Of a stretch of DNA of 22,781 nt, positions 18,578 through 22,781 are shown piece by piece. The position numbers and the translations under genes were made by a program. The notes beneath the pieces were generated by a model, which was not told the DNA's origin, searched no databases, and saw only the letters and a list, made by a program, of their open reading frames with translations. Origin of the DNA: an uncultured Alphaproteobacteria bacterium (GTDB lineage Bacteria > Pseudomonadota > Alphaproteobacteria > CBDUZE01); assembly GCA_965371625.1 (NCBI GenBank), contig CBDUZE010000060.1, positions 1 through 22,781 of the forward strand. The letters run 5' to 3'. Position 1 is the stretch's first letter. Each line of letters begins with the position of its first letter.

Positions 18578-19558
18578 TCAGAGCTCCTTGCGGATGTTGA
18601 CCAGCCTTAAGATGATGATCACCCCGATCATCATGGCGAGCATCAGCATCAGCGCGTTGACGGCGGCAAAGGGGTAGTTGGCGATGGCGTAGTAGTTGAG
18701 GATCACGGTGCCGGTGGTCGAGGTCTTGCCGCCGTAGACCACCACGGCGGTGGCGAACTCGCCCATGATGATGACGAAGATGAAGATCATGCCGATCGCC
18801 ACCCCGGGCAGCGACAACGGCGCGATGATCTCGCGGAAGATCTGGAACGGCGTCGCCCCCATGTCGCGCGCCGCCTCGAGGATCTCGCCGTCGATCTTGG
18901 CCAGGGAGAAGAAGATCGGCCCGACGCACAGCACCACGTAGAGCTGGACCAGGGCCATGGTGTAGCCGAACTCCGAATAGAGCAGGAAACCCAACGGCTT
19001 CTCGATCAGGCCCAGGTCGATCAACAGTGTGTTGAGCAGGCCGCGCCGCCCCAGCATCGGCAGCCAGGCCACGGCGCGGATCAGATAGCTGGTCCAGAAG
19101 GGCACCATGCACAACAGAAAGAGGGACATCTGCCACTTGAACGACTTCACCTGCATGGCCAGGAAGTAGGCGATCGGATAGCCGAGCGCGAGGCAGAACA
19201 TCATCACCACGGCGGTGTAGTAGAAGGTCGACCCGAGGGTCCTGATGAAGACGCTGGGGGTGAGAAAGCGGTCGGAGGCGGAATCGAAGAAACCCTCGGT
19301 GCTGAAGTATTCCCCGTAGTAGCCGAGGGTCAGGTCGGGTTCCATGCCGTGACCGGTCGCCTTCCAGAAGCTGAAGGCGACGATGCTCAGGAGCGGCACA
19401 ACCAGGAACACCAGCAGCCACAGCGCCGCCGGGGTGATCAGCCAGGCGACCGGGAAGCCGGGCTCGCGGCGAATCCTCGCGGGCTCGGCCTGGCCTTCCG
19501 GGGCCGCCGGCTGGGCCCCGATCAGGCCCGAATGGTAGGCGGGCTCGAGCCGGGACAT
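18578..19558 (-). CDS. ABC transporter permease (PotB-like)
   Basis: Hydrophobic TM segments and the EAA loop LEAARDMGATPFQIF. Confidence 0.85.
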   Translation of the reverse strand: MSRLEPAYHSGLIGAQPAAPEGQAEPARIRREPGFPVAWLITPAALWLLVFLVVPLLSIVAFSFWKATGHGMEPDLTLGYYGEYFSTEGFFDSASDRFLTPSVFIRTLGSTFYYTAVVMMFCLALGYPIAYFLAMQVKSFKWQMSLFLLCMVPFWTSYLIRAVAWLPMLGRRGLLNTLLIDLGLIEKPLGFLLYSEFGYTMALVQLYVVLCVGPIFFSLAKIDGEILEAARDMGATPFQIFREIIAPLSLPGVAIGMIFIFVIIMGEFATAVVVYGGKTSTTGTVILNYYAIANYPFAAVNALMLMLAMMIGVIIILRLVNIRKEL

Positions 19559-19568
19559 GTGGGCGGAG

Positions 19569-19609
19569 GCCTACGCGGGCGTAGGGGCGGGTTTGAAACC
19601 CGCCCCTAC
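19569..19609 (-). promoter_or_regulatory. Intercistronic GC-rich stem-loop(s) between the binding-protein gene and the first permease gene of the ABC operon
   Basis: cctacgc-gg-gcgtagg (19569..19584) overlaps gtaggggcgggtttgaaacccgcccctac (19581..19609), an 11-14 bp perfect stem. No U-tract follows, so a REP-like mRNA stabiliser or attenuator is more likely than a terminator. Confidence 0.5.
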
Positions 19610-19728
19610 GGCGGGGGTGAGAAGGCTAGGAGCACAACCAAGGACCGGGCAAGGTGGTCGCATTGCCCGGTCCGGATCGTTACGCCGCGCCGCGGCGAGC
19701 CGCCGCATCACCCGGCGCGCCGGCGCGC

Positions 19729-21018
19729 TCAGGCGCTCAGGAACTCGGTCCAGCGCTTGACCAGATAGTCGTTCTCGTCCATCAGCGAGTTCCACACCGC
19801 GATGTTCTTGAAGCGGTCCCAGTACGAGCCGCCGTCGCGGATCTCGCCCTTGGGCACGATGATGGTGCCGAAGGGGTCGGGCAGCTCCTTGGCGGCGGGC
19901 TTGCCCATGTACCAGTAATCCCACTCCTCGGGCTCGAGGTGCGTCTTCACCGTATCAGGCACCGACATGTAGTAGCCCTGGCGGGCGACGAAGGCGCCGG
20001 GCCAGCCGCTCAGCCACCAGTCGATGTACTCGTAGGCGGCGTCGAGCTTGGCGCCGCTGACCTGGGCCGAGATCGCGAGGCCGCCGTGCCAGCCCCGCAT
20101 GCCCTCCTTGGGGAAGGCGTAGACGCATTTCACGCCCTCGGCCTTGATCGCGGTGACCGCGGGGGACCACATGCTCTCGAGCGCCACCTCGCCGCTCACC
20201 ATCAGGTTGACCGACTGGCCGAAGGTCTCCCAGAAGGCGCGGAAGTGGCCTTCCTTCTTCTTCTCGATGAGGAAATCGATCAGGAAGTCGATCTCCGGCC
20301 TGGTCATGTTGCCCTTGTCCTTGAACTTGAACAGGCCCAGCGCCTCGATGCCGAGCGCCGCGTCCATGGTGCCGATCTGGGGCACGTTCAAGAGCGCCAC
20401 CCGGCCCTTGAAGTCGGGGCTGAAGAGCTCGGCCCAGCTCTCGATCTTGCGCCCCGTCTCGTCGGGGTTGTAGCCGATCGAATCGGCGTTGTGCCAGGCG
20501 GGAACCATCGAGATGTAGCGCGACGGTCCCTCGACCCGGTTGCCGTCCTTGTCCAGCCACAGGTGGCGGAACGGGGCGTCGCCCTGTCCCTCGATCGAGT
20601 CCGGCGTCAGCCGCCCCGTCTTGGAGAGATCCGTGACCTTGTCCCAATCCTTGACCCGCGTGGTGTCGATGGGCTGCCACACCTTGGCCGGGATCATCAC
20701 GTCCAGGTCGTTGTAGTAGCCCTCGGCGATCTCGTACTGGTCGTTCTGATTGAGCATCTTGCCGAACATGGCGCCGTAGCCCAGCGCCTGGCCGCGGATG
20801 CCGAGGCCCAGGTCCTTCGACGCCTGGCCCTGGATCTCGTTGATGATGCTGACGCCGAGGCCGATGGTGCGCAGCGATTCGGCGGCCCGGGCGACGTAGG
20901 GGAAGCCGCCCATGAAGGCTCCCGCCGCTACCGTCGTGGCGGTGGCGCCCACGAAGCGCCGGCGGGTCATTCCCTTGACGCGGCGCCCGACCGACTTCTG
21001 ATCACGCTTGACCGACAT
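19729..21018 (-). CDS. Periplasmic substrate-binding protein of the ABC transporter (SBP family 1, PotD/PotF-like) with a twin-arginine signal
   Basis: Tat motif TRRRFVGATATTVAAGAFMG and family-1 SBP homology through the body. Start chosen at ATG 21018..21016, 4 nt after a perfect GGAGGAAGG RBS on the minus strand. The ATG at 20970 (MTRRRF) is an alternative start. Confidence 0.8.
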   Translation of the reverse strand: MSVKRDQKSVGRRVKGMTRRRFVGATATTVAAGAFMGGFPYVARAAESLRTIGLGVSIINEIQGQASKDLGLGIRGQALGYGAMFGKMLNQNDQYEIAEGYYNDLDVMIPAKVWQPIDTTRVKDWDKVTDLSKTGRLTPDSIEGQGDAPFRHLWLDKDGNRVEGPSRYISMVPAWHNADSIGYNPDETGRKIESWAELFSPDFKGRVALLNVPQIGTMDAALGIEALGLFKFKDKGNMTRPEIDFLIDFLIEKKKEGHFRAFWETFGQSVNLMVSGEVALESMWSPAVTAIKAEGVKCVYAFPKEGMRGWHGGLAISAQVSGAKLDAAYEYIDWWLSGWPGAFVARQGYYMSVPDTVKTHLEPEEWDYWYMGKPAAKELPDPFGTIIVPKGEIRDGGSYWDRFKNIAVWNSLMDENDYLVKRWTEFLSA

Positions 21019-21084
21019 AAACCTTCCTCCCTTCGATCCTGGACTGCTCGCGCTGATGGCGTGGCGAGGCCGACGATGGCACTT

Positions 21085-21155
21085 CGGAAAAACCGGCCAA
21101 CGAACGAACATCATTAGAGATTTTTCATGCGCGGGTTTTTCGGATATTAGATTAG
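21085..21155. promoter_or_regulatory. Divergent promoter/operator region between the SBP gene and the D-hydantoinase gene, with imperfect inverted repeat cggaaaaaccgg (21085..21096) / cgggtttttcgg (21132..21143) and an AT-rich tract
   Basis: The two arms are reverse complements with 2 mismatches in 12. The AT-rich tattagattagaagaatag follows. Confidence 0.3.
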
Positions 21156-21194
21156 AAGAATAGGCGCGGGAACTCAAGAACGCGGGAGGGCAAG

Positions 21195-22664
21195 ATGAGC
21201 GTCCTGATCAAGAACGGCCGCGTGGTGACGGCCTCGGACGACTATCACGCCGACATCTACATCAACGATTCGACCGTCACCGTGATCGGCAAGAACCTGG
21301 TGATCGACGCCGAGCGCGTGATCGACGCCGCCGGCAAGCTGGTGATCCCGGGCGGGGTCGACCCCCACACCCACCTCGAGCTTCCCTTCGGCGGCACCAC
21401 GACCTCGGACACCTTCGAGACCGGGACCCGCGCCGCCGCCTTCGGCGGCACCACCTGCATCGTCGACTTCGCGGTCCAGACCAAGGGCACCTCGACGCTG
21501 GAGGCGCTCGACGCCTGGCACCAGAAGGCCGGGGGCAAGACCGCCATCGACTACGGCTTCCACATGATCATCACCGACATGCCGGACCACCGCTTGCCTG
21601 AGATGCGCCGTCTCGCCGACGAGGGCATCACCTCCTACAAGCTCTTCATGTCCTACCCGGGGGCCATGCTGTCCGACGACGGCACCATCTTCCGCACCAT
21701 GCGCAAGGCGGGCGAGGACGGCACCGTGGTGTGCATGCACGCCGAGAACGGCATCGTCATCGACGAGCTCATCAAGATCGCCCTGGCGCAAGGCCTCATC
21801 GAGCCCAAGCAGCATGCCCTGACCCGGCCCACCCGTCTCGAGGCCGAGGGCACCCACCGGGCGCTGGCCATCGCCGAGGTGGCGCGCTCGCCGGTCTACA
21901 TCGTTCACCTGAGCGCCTACGACGCACTCAAGGAGCTGCGCGACGCCCAGGCGCGCGGGGTGATGGCCCACGGCGAGACCTGCCCCCAATACCTGCTGCT
22001 CGACGTCGGCGCCTACGACGCGCCCGGCTTCGAGGGCGCCAAGTACGTGCTCACCCCGCCCTTGCGCGAGAAGTGGAACCAGGACGAGCTGTGGCGCGCC
22101 TTGCGGGGCGGCGTGCTCAACGTCATCTCCACCGACCACTGTCCGTTCTGCCTCAAGGAGCAGAAGGAGCTCGGCAAGGACGACTTCTCCAAGATCCCCA
22201 ACGGCGGGCCCGGGATCGAGAACCGCATGAGCCTCATTTACCACCATGGCGTGGGCGGCGGACACCTCACGCTCAATCGCTTCGTCGAGCTCACCTCGAC
22301 CGCGCCGGCCAAGATCTTCGGGCTCTTTCCGAGGAAGGGGACGATCGCGGTGGGCAGCGACGCCGACATCGTGATCTTCGATCCCGACCGCGAGGAGACC
22401 ATCAGCGTCCGCAACCCCAAGACCCACCACATGAACATCGACTACTCGGCCTACGAGGGCTTCCGCGTGCGGGGCTACACCGAGACCGTGCTGAGCCGGG
22501 GCAAGGTGGTGATCGACAAGGGCGAGTACGTGGGCCGCGCGGGCGACGGGATGTTCATCAAGCGCAGCCCCTATGGCGGCATCCACGCCACCGGCGGCGC
22601 GAGGGCCGCGCCCGCCGCCACGCCGGCGCCGGCCCAGTCCACGATCTCGGCGGCGGCGGAGTGA
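21195..22664 (+). CDS. D-hydantoinase / dihydropyrimidinase (cyclic amidohydrolase family)
   Basis: LVIPGGVDPHTHLELPFGGT (metal-binding HxH), KLFMSYPG with the carboxylated-Lys context, CMHAENG, and HGETCPQYLLLD ... STDHCPF. GGGAGGG RBS before ATG 21195. Confidence 0.9.
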   Translation: MSVLIKNGRVVTASDDYHADIYINDSTVTVIGKNLVIDAERVIDAAGKLVIPGGVDPHTHLELPFGGTTTSDTFETGTRAAAFGGTTCIVDFAVQTKGTSTLEALDAWHQKAGGKTAIDYGFHMIITDMPDHRLPEMRRLADEGITSYKLFMSYPGAMLSDDGTIFRTMRKAGEDGTVVCMHAENGIVIDELIKIALAQGLIEPKQHALTRPTRLEAEGTHRALAIAEVARSPVYIVHLSAYDALKELRDAQARGVMAHGETCPQYLLLDVGAYDAPGFEGAKYVLTPPLREKWNQDELWRALRGGVLNVISTDHCPFCLKEQKELGKDDFSKIPNGGPGIENRMSLIYHHGVGGGHLTLNRFVELTSTAPAKIFGLFPRKGTIAVGSDADIVIFDPDREETISVRNPKTHHMNIDYSAYEGFRVRGYTETVLSRGKVVIDKGEYVGRAGDGMFIKRSPYGGIHATGGARAAPAATPAPAQSTISAAAE

Positions 22665-22781
22665 GGCGCGGTGCGCGGCGGCGAGAGTGGGGCTAGAGCA
22701 ATTCCAGGTCTCCTGAAATCGCTCTCAGGCCGCGACTGCGGCCCGCCGGCCCTCCGGCGCGCCTGCGCAGGCGCGGACCTT

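Noticed and set aside
18124-19421. ORFs 18124..18600 (+) and 18477..19421 (-) overlapping the permease genes
   Set aside because: Alternate frames; the real permeases are identified by their TM segments and EAA loops.
19654-21117. 487 aa plus ORF and 19955..20680 minus ORF over the SBP gene
   Set aside because: Antisense or alternate frame to a gene with a Tat signal and SBP homology.
21174-22696. 470 aa minus ORF and 321 aa plus ORF over the D-hydantoinase gene
   Set aside because: Antisense or alternate frame; the D-hydantoinase frame carries the HxH and metal-ligand motifs.

Overview
This window looks like a high-GC bacterial chromosome (by eye about 70% GC, probably proteobacterial). 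Its core genes suggest catabolism of hydantoins, cyclic amides and related nitrogen heterocycles: an isochorismatase-family hydrolase, a polysaccharide-deacetylase (PuuE-like) hydrolase, ATP-dependent hydantoinase/oxoprolinase A and B subunits, a PotABCD-type ABC transporter and a D-hydantoinase/dihydropyrimidinase. Also present are a COG0523 (CobW-like) metallochaperone GTPase, an MDR-family Zn alcohol dehydrogenase, a YqiK/flotillin SPFH protein and a small membrane protein. The main outlier is a roughly 3.1 kb AT-richer island at about 4269..7370, immediately after the COG0523 stop codon. It carries two co-directional genes: a 521 aa protein with an N-terminal HNH nuclease motif and a large C-terminal region I cannot place, and a 349 aa protein with an N-terminal Cys4 zinc ribbon fused to what looks like a RES (Arg-Glu-Ser, NAD+-targeting toxin) domain. 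There is no integrase or transposase. This pair is the best candidate for an uncharacterised defence or toxin module. Other observations: an approximately 90 bp imperfect direct repeat (a truncated 3' gene fragment with its own stop codon) flanking the dehydrogenase gene; two paralogous Rad52-like-motif domains, one standalone and one fused in frame to the N-terminus of HyuB; a perfect 25 bp inverted repeat at the left edge; an internally duplicated, oversized flotillin; and an intercistronic hairpin in the ABC operon. I saw no rRNA, tRNA or CRISPR. Most other ORFs in the six-frame track are alternate-frame or antisense artefacts of the high GC content.
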